Shown: positions 35,861 to 49,040, counted from the first letter of the stretch. The stretch is DNA of 64,000 nt from Octopus sinensis (GCF_006345805.1 NC_043005.1:29078001-29142000); one strand, 5' to 3'. Numbers and translations: made by a program. Notes: a model not told the origin generated them from the sequence alone.

Positions 35861-37724
35861 TATATATATATGTATATTTAGGGATAAACCACTAGGTGGA
35901 TAAGGTGGATATATATATATATATACTTGATAGATAGATAGAGACAGAGGGAGAGAGAAAGTGTGTGTGTGTGTGTGTGTGCATGTATATATAAAATACA
36001 AATATTTCTATAAAGATATTAATTCTTACCTAAAATGAAATCTTGGGATCTTCCGTCAACCTCATTTAGTCTTCGGATTCTGAAAATCCTTCCACTAGAA
36101 TACATCAGACAGACTGTAGAATAAACGGTAAAGAATTTTTCTCAGTAGAGTCATTAACATTGACAAAACACACACAAACATATATGTAGGTGGTTATCAG
36201 CATAAAATACATGAATTCATAGATAAGGAGAGAAATGAAGAGGTGAAACAAAGGGGAGATAAATACATCACATCATGGGACATTGTGGAAAATATGTTCT
36301 ATCATGTTTCAGGTCTAATTTACAGGGCCAAATATTTTACTGTAGTTTATAGACAGCTTAGTGACCACCTTGTCCAGTGGTTTGTAAATGGTGCGTCAGT
36401 GAATGTAAAAAAATATAATCTAGGTACAGGCATGGTTGTGTTGTTAAAAAGTTTTCTTCTCAACCATGTAGTTCCAGGTTCTGTCCTACTGTATAGCACC
36501 TTGGGCAGAGGATTTCTGCTACAGCCTTAGGTTGACCAAAGCCTTGTGAGTGGATTTGGTAGACAAACAAGAAGCCCATCATATAAATGCAAATATGTGT
36601 GTGTAGTCTTGACATTGCACAATAATTGTAAATGAGCCCTGTTGACGTACAAGCAGTGCACTTGGTATTTCCTGTCTTCCATGAAAAACATGTTTAACTG
36701 TTGTAGTGAAAATCGTACTCCCTTCCCATGTGACAAAGTGGTATGACCCAGCCACTATAAAGTCAGACAGTCAGTTGTTGTAGGAGTTAGTAGTAGAAGA
36801 GTCATTGCATGAGTTCTCAGTTGGAGTCAGTGTCAGTTAAGTGATATATATACAAGTTTGAGTTACCGTCAAGGTAGACATTACAAAGTCGTCTTGTGGA
36901 GCTATCTGCAGTAGCACGATAGATGAGACAAAGATAATAAGATGCAGAATACCGCCACAACATAACAGTGGCGATAAAAATATTAGTGTTGGCAATAACA
37001 TACAAGTGGGCAGGGATCCACATTATAACACTGACCATGGAGAAATATTTATTTGCTTACAAACAAGAGTTGGTTACAGAAGGGGCATCTGACTAGAAAA
37101 TCTGTCTCAACAAATCTTGTTTGATTCAGGCAAGCATGGAAAAGACTTTCTTAAAACAAAGATGATGAAAATGTATGACTTTAACAAATTCATACTCATG
37201 CTTGAGTAAGTGTCTTGAATAACATGCTATTTATAATTCTCTTATATACAAGTAATAAAATAATGAAGTATAGTTATCTATCGCCATATTGCAGTTTATT
37301 ATTTAAGCTTACATTGATTCCTCTGTGGTGTTGTTTTGCATTTATAATAAAATAAATATATACAAATTATAAAAATAATAACAATAAAAAATATATGGTA
37401 CTTTACTGTTTCTACTTTGCAGATTTTAACCTATCATGGGTGGATTTGAAATGTAACACCTAAGACAATCAAAGAATTACAGTATAATAAAGTAAGCATA
37501 GCTTATTATTTTCCTTTAGTTTTAGCTCTGTTTCAATTAATTTTGAAAATAAAAATTTAGTAAAATAATTTTGTCATAACTAATTTGGTGTTTAGAACAT
37601 AAATTAACGAGAAATTTTGATTACTTTAGAACTGGAAGTATGTATCATTAAATCAAGGTGGGGTAGTATCAAAAGGGTTAACTATTTCAGTTTTTTTAAC
37701 CACCCAGGCAAAGTGTGTTGGTAA

Positions 37725-38052
37725 TTATTACCTCTGCCTTAGCAAAGGCAGAAGTATCTCAAGAAATGCTGGATGGTTTCAGATGAAACTTTCAGGGATG
37801 TTTGGCCTCATGACTGGCACAAACTTATTAGATTTTGGGATCGAATAGGTACCAGACAAGGAATCTGGATTATTTTTCCGTTTTCTTTTACTTAATTTTT
37901 GAGAGCAGTAGGGCTAATTTTTACTATTCTCATTTGTGAGAGCAGTCAAGTTTATTTCAGATATTCTCATTTTAAAAATCATCTCTGGCTAATCGTTGAG
38001 AGGACGCTGATGTTGCCTTGGTGTAGGTTTGCACTCTCTGAGTGCTCTTGTT
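37725..38052 (+). mobile_element. DINE-1/Helentron-like non-autonomous element
   Basis: 5' ttattacctctgcc...ggcagaagt hairpin, 3' gccttggtgtaggt sub-TIR followed by a short stem and TT-rich end. Confidence 0.55.
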
Positions 38053-38441
38053 GTTACTTGATCTCTGGGGCACCATGAAGACAAAAGCTTTGATAATCAT
38101 TAATCTAGCTTTGATATTCATTAATTTATTCATGACCTGGAGGTAGGTTGTCACTGCTTTAATCAGGTAAGGCGGGACATGTAATTTCTATGTATACAAC
38201 ACAATACAAGTGACAGAGAGGAAGGGTTTACATATTTAATGAATGAGGTCAGTAGCTCACAATTATTTTATATTTGTGTAGCTGCTTCACACCCTTAACC
38301 ATTCAGGTATATACCTTGTCTATTCAGAATTTGAACTCAGAGTGTAAATAGCTGGAAGAAATGCTGCTGCTAAGCAGTTTGTCTTGTGATAATGTGCTGC
38401 CAGCTCACCATCAAAAAATAATAAATATCAATAATAATAAC

Positions 38442-38474
<33 letters not shown>

Positions 38475-38684
38475 CAGAAACCTCTGCATTGCAAAGGCAG
38501 AGAGAGGAGACCTTATCTTAGCTGCTCAAGATCAAAGCGTATTGACTCAGAACTACCAAGCAATTATGATGAAATATGGAGTAAATCCAAAGTGTCAATT
38601 CTGCAATGATGAAACTGAAGGTGAACCACCTAATCTTTGGATATAAAGTTTTAGCACCAGTCGAATATAAATGAAGATATGACA

Positions 38685-38823
38685 GATTATTTACATTTGA
38701 CAGATATTTGTCCTCATCTTGTTTGTTGTTAACACAATGTTTCGGCTGATATACCCGCCAGCCTTCATCAGGTGTCTTGGAGAAATTTCAAACCTGGGTT
38801 CTCATTCCTAAGGTACTTTTCGA

Positions 38824-38855
<32 letters not shown>

Positions 38856-38915
38856 TCACTGCTTGGAATCGAACCCGGACTCTTGGGGTTAGTACCCCAC
38901 ACTCTTAACCACTAC
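38685..38915 (-). mobile_element. tRNA-derived SINE (A/B box head, (AAT)n, hammerhead-bearing 3' part)
   Basis: Head GTAGTGGTTAAG...GGTTCGATTCC; same body occurs at 12.56-12.80 kb. Confidence 0.75.
38731..38776 (-). ncRNA. Minimal type I hammerhead ribozyme motif
   Basis: Minus strand reads GACAC-CTGATGA-A-GGCTG(gcgggtatat)CAGCC-GAAA-CA-TT/GTGTT; stems I and II pair; stem III is ACAT here and would be palindromic ACGT before a CpG decay. Confidence 0.7.
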
Positions 38916-38929
38916 AGAATTGGCCAATA

Positions 38930-39400
38930 TCTATACTGGTTAATATGTTGGTATGATAAAACAAAAACTGTTCACAAGTGGTATAACCATCAACTTGAGG
39001 CTGTAACTAAAGGTGAAAATGTCACAATTCTTTGGGACTTTCCAGCACATACAGACAGAACCAAAAAAGCTAATAAAGCAGATATTATAGCAAAAGACCA
39101 AAATAATAAAGTCTGTTTATAGATTGACATGAGTATCTTTTGTGATCAAAATGTCTTGACAAAAAACTCTGATAAGCTTAGAAAATATAAAGATTTGCTG
39201 ATTGAAATTGAAAAAAATGTGGCATCTCAAGTTGATAAAAATACTAATGATTCTAGGAACTCTAAGAATGCTCAAAAGAGGAATTTAAAATTAAGAATGA
39301 TCCTTAGCTTACCATCCCTGCAAGAAGTGCAAAAGATTTTTTTTTCTAACTGGTATGTCATACATATTAAGAAATGCATTGTCTCTGTGAGAATAATTAC
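38930..39400 (+). mobile_element. R4/Dong-like endonuclease fragment
   Basis: ILWDFPAHTDRT..ANKADII...CL*IDMS...KLRKYKDL; decayed. Confidence 0.72.
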
Positions 39401-40019
39401 TTTCCATGTAAATAAGTCTTTTTCAACATAACTTTATCTGATTTTATAAATTAATAATTTGGTGTGTTTATTTTAATAGTTTATCAATGTATAGAATGAG
39501 TTTCTATGCCTGGTGTGTCGGAAAGGCACTTGGCAAGAAATGGAAACAAGATTGAAGAAAGAAATAATAATAAAAATAATGCTTTCAAATTTTTGCACAA
39601 GGCCAGCAATTTCAGAGGGCGAGGGTGGGTGGTAAATGATTACATTGCTCCCCCACCCCCATGCTCAGCTGGTACTTATTTTGTTGACCCCTGGAAGAGG
39701 CAAAGCTGACCTCAGTGGAATTTAAACTCAGAACATGAAGATGGACAAAATGCCACAAAGCATTTTGCCCAGCATGCTAATGATTCTGCCAGCTTTGCTG
39801 CCTTAGAATAATAACAAACCTTTCCACCATAGGCTCAAGGCCTCAAATTATTTTAGGGACAGGCGCTGGTTGATAACATCAACCCCAATGCTCCACTGGC
39901 ATTTATTTTATCAACCTAAAAGGATGAAAGGCAAAGGCCAGAAATTATGTGGGGAAATAACAATTGCGTTACAGGCGGAAACTCACTTTAGCTCTGATAT
40001 ACTCTTTTAGTACCAACAA

Positions 40020-40335
40020 AGCACAGTTCCCAATGTGATGGGAACTCTGTTGGTTATGACAAGTGTTCCAGCCTGTTCATGAAATTAACATGCAAGTGGC
40101 TGAGCATTCCACAGACACATGTACCTTAATGTAGTTCTCTAGGAAAGTCAATGTGAGACAGAATGTGACAAGGCTGGGCCTTTGCAATACAGGTACTACT
40201 CATTTTTTGCCAGCTGAGTGGCTTGGAGCAATGTGAAATAAAGTGTCTTGCTTAACAACATAACTCACTACTGGATATAGAACTCTCAATCTTATGGTCA
40301 TAAGCCAAATGCCCTAACCACAAAGCCAAAAGCTT
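40020..40335 (-). mobile_element. Same conserved-core SINE family
   Basis: Colinear with 2690-2830. Confidence 0.65.
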
Positions 40336-40561
40336 TCACAGTTTCCTATATAAAACAAGAAACATAACATTTAACTTCACACAAACACAAACAAAGTAAG
40401 TGATTGAGATGACGATATTTCCAAAATTAGAAAAGAATTTAAAATTCAATTTTTCTGAACAGATGTGCTATTCTCTATAGTTAATAAACTGCCATTAATT
40501 TTGACGACACACACATATAGTAATAAGAAGTGACATCGTTTGAGAGAAAAACAGAATTTTA

Positions 40562-41020
40562 AAAATCTACCCCAATAACTAAATCTAGCTTTGTTATTGT
40601 CTAAATCGACCTTAGTGACTGACTAAATCTGCACCTGTTATTGACTAAACCCACCCCAGTAACTAAATCTACCCCTGTTATTGACTAAACCCACCCCAGT
40701 AACTAATTCTACCCATTATTGACTCACCCACCCTCATAATCGACCAAACTCAGCCCTACCCTTATCATTGATTAAACCCTCTCACATCTGTAAATGACTA
40801 AACCTACCTCTATAAATGACCAAACCCACCCCTATAATTAAGTACCCTACTCCATTTGACTAAATCTACCTCTATTATTCACTGAACTTATCCCTATAAC
40901 TGGCCGAACCCACCCTGTAGTTGAATAAATCTGCCCCAATAATTAAATTAGGCCCACCCGATAATTCACTTAAACTCAACCCCTATAACAGACTAAATAC
41001 ATCCCAGAAACTGATTGAGG
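40562..41020. repeat. Degenerate ~21-bp minisatellite (GACTAAAYCYACCCCTRTWATT)
   Basis: About 20 recurring gactaaa(c/t)c(c/t)acccc units. Confidence 0.8.
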
Positions 41021-41039
41021 GATTAAATAATTGAAAATA

Positions 41040-41960
41040 TAAAAAGTAACCCCGGCCGTCATCGCCATCCACTACCAGGATACAAGCATCACCACTATCA
41101 TCACAAGTGACGTCATGATAGGATCACACACAGCAAACATGCCAACTCATGATAGAAAACTTGTCTCCACATCCCGTTCGTCACATCACAGTTCCGTAAT
41201 GTTAACAACTAATTAATTAATGCTAATGACCAAACAAGTGTGTGTGTCAGCAGCAGCAACCGAGACAGGCACACTACATTTAGTACGTAAGAAACAATTT
41301 CAGTCCTGGAAACCAAAAGATGTAAAGTTTCGTTATTGCACAGTCTTGGAAATATTTTTTTCAAAACAGGAAAAATAAATAAAAATAAAAATTCCGTATC
41401 GAGGATCATATTTACGTTCTGATATGAAACGTTTTAAAAATCAATTAAATATTCTACGAGTTAATTGAGGGCTCGTCATCACTACAACAAGCAAGTCAAA
41501 TCTCTATCGAATAATATTTTATGCACGATACAGCACAAATCAGCAAATCTGTAATGAATGCACATACATGTGCATGCAATTATGCTATTACAAAAACATA
41601 TAACGTAAATATGTTTGTATGACTACACCTGTGTATATGCACATTAAACATCTGGCATAGCAATAAAGAATAACGGAATGTATGTATTCTATGTATCTAT
41701 CAATCTATATTAATTTATTTCTGTTAGTATAAGTGTAGAATAGACGAACACTAAATGAGTGCTCGGACCAGTCCAGATTCTTAAAATCCAACACCCTACG
41801 AACTTATCAAGGACAATATTTTTCATCGCCAAATGTGTTTGTCCATTCTCTGTCTGTCTGTCTCTCCCTTGCACGCGCGCGCGCGCGTGCGGTATGGCTT
41901 CACAGTAGGGAGTGGTAAGAATGCTGGGCAAAGACAGTGTCCATTCTGCATGATACCACA
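41040..41960. promoter_or_regulatory. Probable TSC1 promoter / first-exon region (possibly bidirectional)
   Basis: Abrupt rise in CpG content and repeat-poor sequence upstream of TSC1; CRE palindrome TGACGTCA at 41108-41115; candidate minus-strand donor gtaaat at 41415-41410; (CG)n tract at 41874-41887. Confidence 0.4.
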
Positions 41961-42174
41961 TTGACAAGAGATTAGAAAGAAAGAAGACAATGGGTGTCAT
42001 GGAACATTCTGTGTGTTCGCTCGACCTCCTAGAAATATCAACCAGACACTCTTCAAGGGTGCAGATCTAGATATTAACCCTCTTCAAATGACACTGCCTC
42101 AAAAAAAAAAAAAATAACGATGGACAAGTTAGATAATATAGGATGGAGTTTTTTAAGAACAGCTCTTATTACAG

Positions 42175-42446
42175 TCTGTTGTGTCTGGGGAGAGTCATTT
42201 TCTTTTTGTGCCTTATAATCTAACACACTCATCGGTAAAATTTTCACTTTTTCCTTATTTTTATTTTCCTAAAAATTTCGTTGCGTCTTGCAACCTTTTC
42301 AATAGTTTTGACTCTCTATTGAAAAGGTTGCAAGACGCAACGAAAATTTTAGGAAAATAAAAATAAGGAAAAAGTGGAAATTTTACCGATGAGTGTGTTA
42401 GATTATAAGGCACAAAAACAAAATGATTCTCCCCAGACACAACAGA
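42175..42446. repeat. Long near-perfect inverted repeat (131-bp arms, 10-nt spacer)
   Basis: 42175-42305 versus reverse complement of 42316-42446: 4 mismatches counted by eye. Confidence 0.95.
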
Positions 42447-45400
42447 ATATGCTTCAACACACGAACTCATATAAAGAATCTTGCAAACCAAATCCAAAAA
42501 CGAAATCTTATTACATTACCTCACCTGGAAAGAAAGGGGCATAGAATTGCCTTTTTTTTTTTTACTTATTGATTTTTATTTTTTTACAAAGGGAATTACG
42601 ATTTCTGAAAGAACCCCCACCCAATTTTAGTTTTACATCTTTGACGCAAATGTCTAATGTAGTCCTAGATACACTATGTCACAATGGGAACATCCTTGCT
42701 TGTAATAATAACATGGATTAATGAAGTGAGTTAAATCACGCTAAATCTACACTGTTAATGATGAAAGAAAAAGTTTACCTCAATAATAAACTCTGACCAA
42801 GAAAGGCAGGGGAGTCGACCCCGAGACTTTAATTAAAATTTATTAAATATTAAACACAATTAGGGAGTTTAATCTGACGTTTAACAGCACTTAGACAACA
42901 CCGAACGTGTTTCAGGCTTATTGGTCGTCATCAGTGATTGTTACTTCAGACCTTAGAGAGGTCGGGTAGAAGAAAAAACAAGGTACTTGCAATTTGGTTG
43001 ACGGTCTGTAGACATCTCTGAGACGAAGGGCCAGTCCTGAAAACTAGATTCCTCTTCTCACAACCACATACCAAGCTAATCACGAGGGAAGATGGAGTAT
43101 TTATGCGAATGAACAAACAATAAGTGATGTGATAACTTTTGCTGACGCAGGACTTAGAGCTAAACTACTACCGCCGCCACCACTACCACTACCACCACAG
43201 CATCATCATCATCAGCCGCCGCGAGACAGGCATAGTAGCAGCCAGGAATAACAGCAACAATGTGGGAATATGAAGGACATCGTCAACAATAGCAACTCTA
43301 CAGCCACACAACAATCCCCACCACATATGAATGACGATTACAACAACATGAGTGGAAGATTTAATCAACGCTAGCATATGACTGGTACTTTGTTTTATCA
43401 GTCTTAGAAAAATAAAAGGCTAAGATGACCTCGGTGGAATTTGAACCCAGAATGCAAAGGGAACTAAACACAGTAGGCGGTGGCGTGGTTGCATTTTTTG
43501 TGGTGTTAGTGGTTGTAGTAGTAGTAGTGGTTTCGGTGGTAGTGTTGGAGGTTATGATCGTCATGGAGGTGACAGTGGCGGAGAAGAGGTGGCGTGATGA
43601 CGATGGAGCAACTAATTTCTTATATATATAAAAAAAAAAGTGAGCAGGAAATGAGATCGTGTGGCTTGCATGCCTTTCACAGGAGAAGGTGAAGATGAAA
43701 CCGAAAAAGTCCGAGGTTATTAAACAAAATGAAATAACTACAAGCTTGAATCGAAATCTTGTCGCCTTGACTCATGTACAAGAGTTTTCACGTGGTCACT
43801 CGAACTGCTAGAAATAACAGCCAAATCCCTTTAATCAACACCCTATCGTTATAAATATAAAAAGGAATCGTCTCAGATAAACAATGTCTGAATAGAAGAC
43901 TGTATGGTCAAAATTGGTCTGTTTTTGATCGTAGATCTGAAAAATCAGGACTGTCCTGGGCGAAACTACAGCTTATATCTTTTGTTTCAGTCATTGGACT
44001 GCGGCCATGCTAAGGCACCTCTTGAAGGTTGTAGTCGGATAAATCTAATCTGGGACTAATGTTTAAGCTTGGTTCTTTTTCTATTGGTCTCTTATGCCGG
44101 GGTCGTAAACAAACCAACACTGATTGTCAAGCGGTGGTGAGAACAAACAGAAACACAAAGACATACACACACATTGTTTATGTAGTCCAAGCTACACCAT
44201 ATCTGAATAAAAAGTGGGATGGCCATAGTTAGAATGTCCTTAGTAGAAAGTCTGCTAAAATTGGGCTGACCTGGGGCTAAATTTTCTCACAAATTTGTAA
44301 CAAGGAAAGCAGACCACTGGATAAAAATCTCCAGGACACAGCCGGTAATTATCAATTGAGAGGGAATAATTAGTAAGTCGATATTTGATGAATTGGTACA
44401 GGGAACAGAATAAATTAAGAGTATTTTGTTCGGCACCCTTTTTAAATAAAAAGGTGGGGTCAGCGGACAAAACTACCGACATTAATGGAAACAGTTTGAG
44501 ACGAGGAGGTAGTCATACTTTTGTCATTGACTGGCAGAATGTAGTTGGGAGTGAGGTAACGGGAGAGTTTGATCGCAAGCTGAAAAATAGCAGCCAAACT
44601 GCCTTCAATGAACACAACAATCTAAAGAATAAAAATAAAAAAGAGAAGTATATACTAGACTAGATATTGCAGTCCTAGATACACTTTGCCTGAAAATAAG
44701 AAAATATACAACAAGCTATTGTTTATTCGTGTAGTAGAAAATATACAAGTGCTCAATATAACTATGTTGGAAGTCTGATATTAGAGAATGTTTGTGAGAT
44801 AAACAGGAATAGTGTGGTAATGGTGATAGTGATGATGATAGCTGTAGTATAATACCTGTTCACTGCCACTACCACCGTCATCACATTGATATTACCGCCA
44901 CTATGTTGATACTACATCACCACCACCACTACCACACAGATTTACGGTCACCAATACCGCCACCACTGTATTAATACCAACAGCCACTGCTATCACCACC
45001 ATCCCTGATAGTACAACCATGACCATCATCCCTGATAGAACAGCCATTATCTCTGATATTATATATAGTCATCACAACCTCCACCACTGTCTCAGTTGTA
45101 GTATTCAGCTCTACTTCATCATAGGACAGTTTTATAAAACATGTTCAGTAATATCTGTTGACTCAGCATGAGACATAACACATTGTAAGTGAATTATAAA
45201 TAGCAGGAGATTGAGATCGAATTTTGTACTCGTCACCATAGAACAGAGGGAGACAATTACAGAGGGCGAGTTGCCATGGGTCTACGATTTTAAGGGAGCC
45301 TACCTCTCCTCCCCATAGTGAGAGATAAAGAGGGAGGTACCTTTTGGTAAAGAAGTACCTTGTTCTACTTGTTTTATTCTTTGTTGTTCTTAGTACCCCA

Positions 45401-46533
45401 TGTACACTACATGTACTGGCATAATATACTCGTAAGCCAGAGACATATATCATATGTATTTAGCACCGATTACTAAAATTCTTATCAAGCAGTTTGAAAT
45501 AAGGTTTACTTTTTATAATTTAACCCGGGTCCTATTTCTTCTTGAAAGACAACCGAATTGCCACAGCAGTAACCATTTCCTAGGCACAAGAACAGCTGTT
45601 GTAGATGAGGAAATAAGTTGGTTGAAATATCCCTCTGTTTGTGACACTAATTTTATCGGCCCCGGTAGGAGAAACATATACCATTGGTGCAAGGTCAAAT
45701 ATATTTATAGGGGAAGGCTACTGTATTTATTGATCATGATATCGGACTACTCTACTTATTTCAACGATTACGGAAGAATGAAAGGCACATCAAACATTTA
45801 GAATCTGTGACTGACTAATTTTAATAACACAAGAACATTTTGGACCGTCTTCACCAAAGCTCTACCGATTCTGCCCTAGCAAAAAAGAAAATTAACACCA
45901 ACAATTCTTTCTTCTATAAGCACAAGGCCTGGAATTTTGTGGGAGGGGAACTTGTAGATAAAATTTACCCCAGTAATTGTCTGATATTTAATTTTCATCG
46001 ACCCTTGCAGAATTTGAACTTAGAATGTGAAAAGCCGAAGAAATGCAGCTAACATTTTGTCCGACTCGCTAACGATTCTGCTAGCTTTGTTCTGTTTCTG
46101 GTTTAGGCACAAGGTCAGTGATTTCGAAGGGAGGACTTCAGTTGATACCATACCATAAACACCGAGAATATGAATATATATATATATGTGTTACGCACAC
46201 ACACACACGTATATATAATTTACCACAGATTTTATCTGTCGCCCAGCATTATATCACCCTCAGAATCTCTAACAAGAGCCCATTCTGTGGCAACAATTCG
46301 GATAGCAGGTCTCTCTGGTTCGAGGATAACTCCTACTCACCGAAGACCTTGAAAATAAGAAAGTCAAGGGTGCTGCGCTTCCTTCTTTAACTAAAATATA
46401 CATACATGTATAAACACATACACACATACAATAACAAAGACAATATCTCTGTGGAGTGTAAATAAATCATCAATGTACATTATATACATGCATTTATATA
46501 TACATACAGCCATATAAACACGTGTATATTCAT

Positions 46534-46564
<31 letters not shown>

Positions 46565-47793
46565 AAAGCACACACACACAATATGTGCATGCATACATAA
46601 TATATACACATAAATATGTGTGTATAACATTTCGTTCATACGCCTGCACAATGTAAATATTGTGCTTGATAACGAGAGTTAATTAATTGTTAATTACCAC
46701 ATTAACATCGACGTGATTGTCAAATTACTTTATATATAACACTATCCTATGCTAACGCGAAGCCACACGAGCAGAGGACAAGCCCATAACTTTCGAAGTA
46801 ACGAAAGAAAGAAACGTAAAGAGAAACAAATATATTAGCTGTTAAAAAGTAAAAATGTTAACTTCTTTCTATGAACAGGCGGTAGAGGAAGGGCAGAGCC
46901 GTGGTGGCACATATGCCGTTCTCAAATATATTAGCAACATGACTAATGTGAAACAGTTAAGGGAGCGGAGAAACCGAAACCGGTTCGCCGAGTTTACTAT
47001 GCTACGATGTCGACATCTGTCACAATAGGAAGAAAGAAAAACGAATAGAAATCGCGATATTAATATGTTAATATCAACATAATATACACAGATAGGTTAA
47101 CTAAATAGTCATAATGTATTGTAGCAAGATACGTACGTGTGTGTATGTGCATATACATACATTCATACATATACATTATATCTAGTGTACAAAGCCGCGA
47201 AGGCTAGTGATATTACTACTAATAATATATGCATAGCAACAACTAGAAAGCCAACAAGTTGCAAACGAGGGGTAGAAATATCCGGGTGCAATGAGAGATG
47301 TTGTGGTACCATACCATATGTCTAAGATGCTGGACATATATGCTGTTAAGTGCTCGCTGCATGGAAATGATATTTCGGTGTGAACGGGCGACGGCTTGTA
47401 TCTTCTCCCAGACATCAGCTAACGACTTGTGGCAAGGTCTGTGGCAATAAGGGAGGAGCAAGAACTATGGGGAGGGGGTAGGTAGAAAGATAGGGGGGAT
47501 ATAGAAGAGAGAGAGAGAGAAAGAAAGAAAGAGAAGACGGAGGCAGTGGGTGAAAAAAATAAACGTGATGAAATAGAAGCGGTAAGGAAGAAGCGAGGTA
47601 ATAAGTTATAATGAAAGAGGGGCTGAAAGAGAGCGGATTATGATTATATATATACATATATATGAGAGAGAGAGAGAGAGTGAAAGAGAAGAGGGATAGA
47701 TAAAAAGATAGACAGATAGAGTGATAATCATATGAAAGAGAATGTTAGAGATAAGAAAGATGAGCCACAAAAAGAGAGAGAGCCGGAGTATGT

Positions 47794-47833
<40 letters not shown>

Positions 47834-48493
47834 CATTGTAGAAAAGAAAGAATGAAAGAGAAACAAAAGTAGAGAAGGAAGAATTACTGTAAAAGTGGTC
47901 TGACTGTTGGTAACAATTACACTACTGCTTACAGCTGGACATATTAAATATTCACAACTTGCTTCACACAACATCTTTTAAATTATAGTGATTGTCTCCT
48001 AAGCTTTTTTCCCCTTTCTTTTTTTATTCATTTATCATGAATTACGATCAAAGTGTAAATATTTTGTCTTAGATTAAACAATATCATTTATGCTTTTTTA
48101 AAATTATTTTATTTTATTCTATCCTATCTCTGTCAGACTTTGAATGGATGGCAGGCAGTCAGGACAGTTTATATAACTGTGAACAGTTCTACCAAGATAG
48201 AAATGTTCTGAATAAAAATTAGCAATTTAGTCAGCTTTCAGTATGATTGTGTTTATGACTGAATTAAATTTCAGACGCTTAAATACAAACTATATGTTTG
48301 GTTAACATTAGCATTATAAATAATGCAGTTAATGTTACACATTGACTGCTAATATTAGATACATGTGATTTATTTAAATGTATATTTTACACCCCAATAG
48401 CATACAGTATGTCAGAAAATTGGGATGATCATTAGAAGGTAAATTTAAACATGGTTCAATAAAATATAGACTATAAATTTAAATGATAGAGAG

Positions 48494-48494
<1 letters not shown>

Positions 48495-48560
<66 letters not shown>

Positions 48561-48934
48561 ATATATATACACATACATACATACATTCATACACACACAC
48601 ACATATATATCAGTCAGTTATACACGTCTGAAAAAAGCACACAAAAAACTTTTTTGCATAAACGCGTGTGTTATATATATATGTATATATACACATGTAT
48701 ACATACATCGGTATAATATCTATATGTGTGAGTGTATATACATAATACATATATATATATACACACACACACACATATATATATATACATACATATATAT
48801 ATACATAAACATACATATACAAACACACACATACATATATATATATACAAACACACACATATATATATATATATATAAACATACATATACAAACACACAC
48901 ATACATATATATATATATAAACATACATATACAA

Positions 48935-48979
<45 letters not shown>

Positions 48980-49040
48980 CATATAAACACACATACACAT
49001 ATATATATGCATGTATGTATTTATATATATATATATATGT
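48495..49040. repeat. Compound (TA)/(CA) microsatellite with ~40-bp higher-order units
   Basis: catacatatacaaacacacacatacatatatatatatataaa repeated; all ORFs here are low-complexity. Confidence 0.9.

Noticed and set aside
38852-38915. Possible genuine tRNA gene (also 12640-12720)
   Set aside because: No acceptor stem, weak anticodon stem with an ACT anticodon, and embedded in a dispersed repeat; it is a SINE head.
42895-42942. Minus-strand CTGATGA...GAAAC hammerhead-like motif
   Set aside because: Stem II (CGACC/GCCT) and stem I do not pair properly; at best a decayed Penelope-type relic.
43015-43056. CTGAGACGAAGGGCCAGTCCTGAAAAC hammerhead-like string
   Set aside because: The core has a 2-nt insertion and there is no valid stem III or cleavage triplet.
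43180-43600. Thr/Val-rich ORFs
   Set aside because: (ACC/GTA/GTG)n trinucleotide low-complexity sequence.
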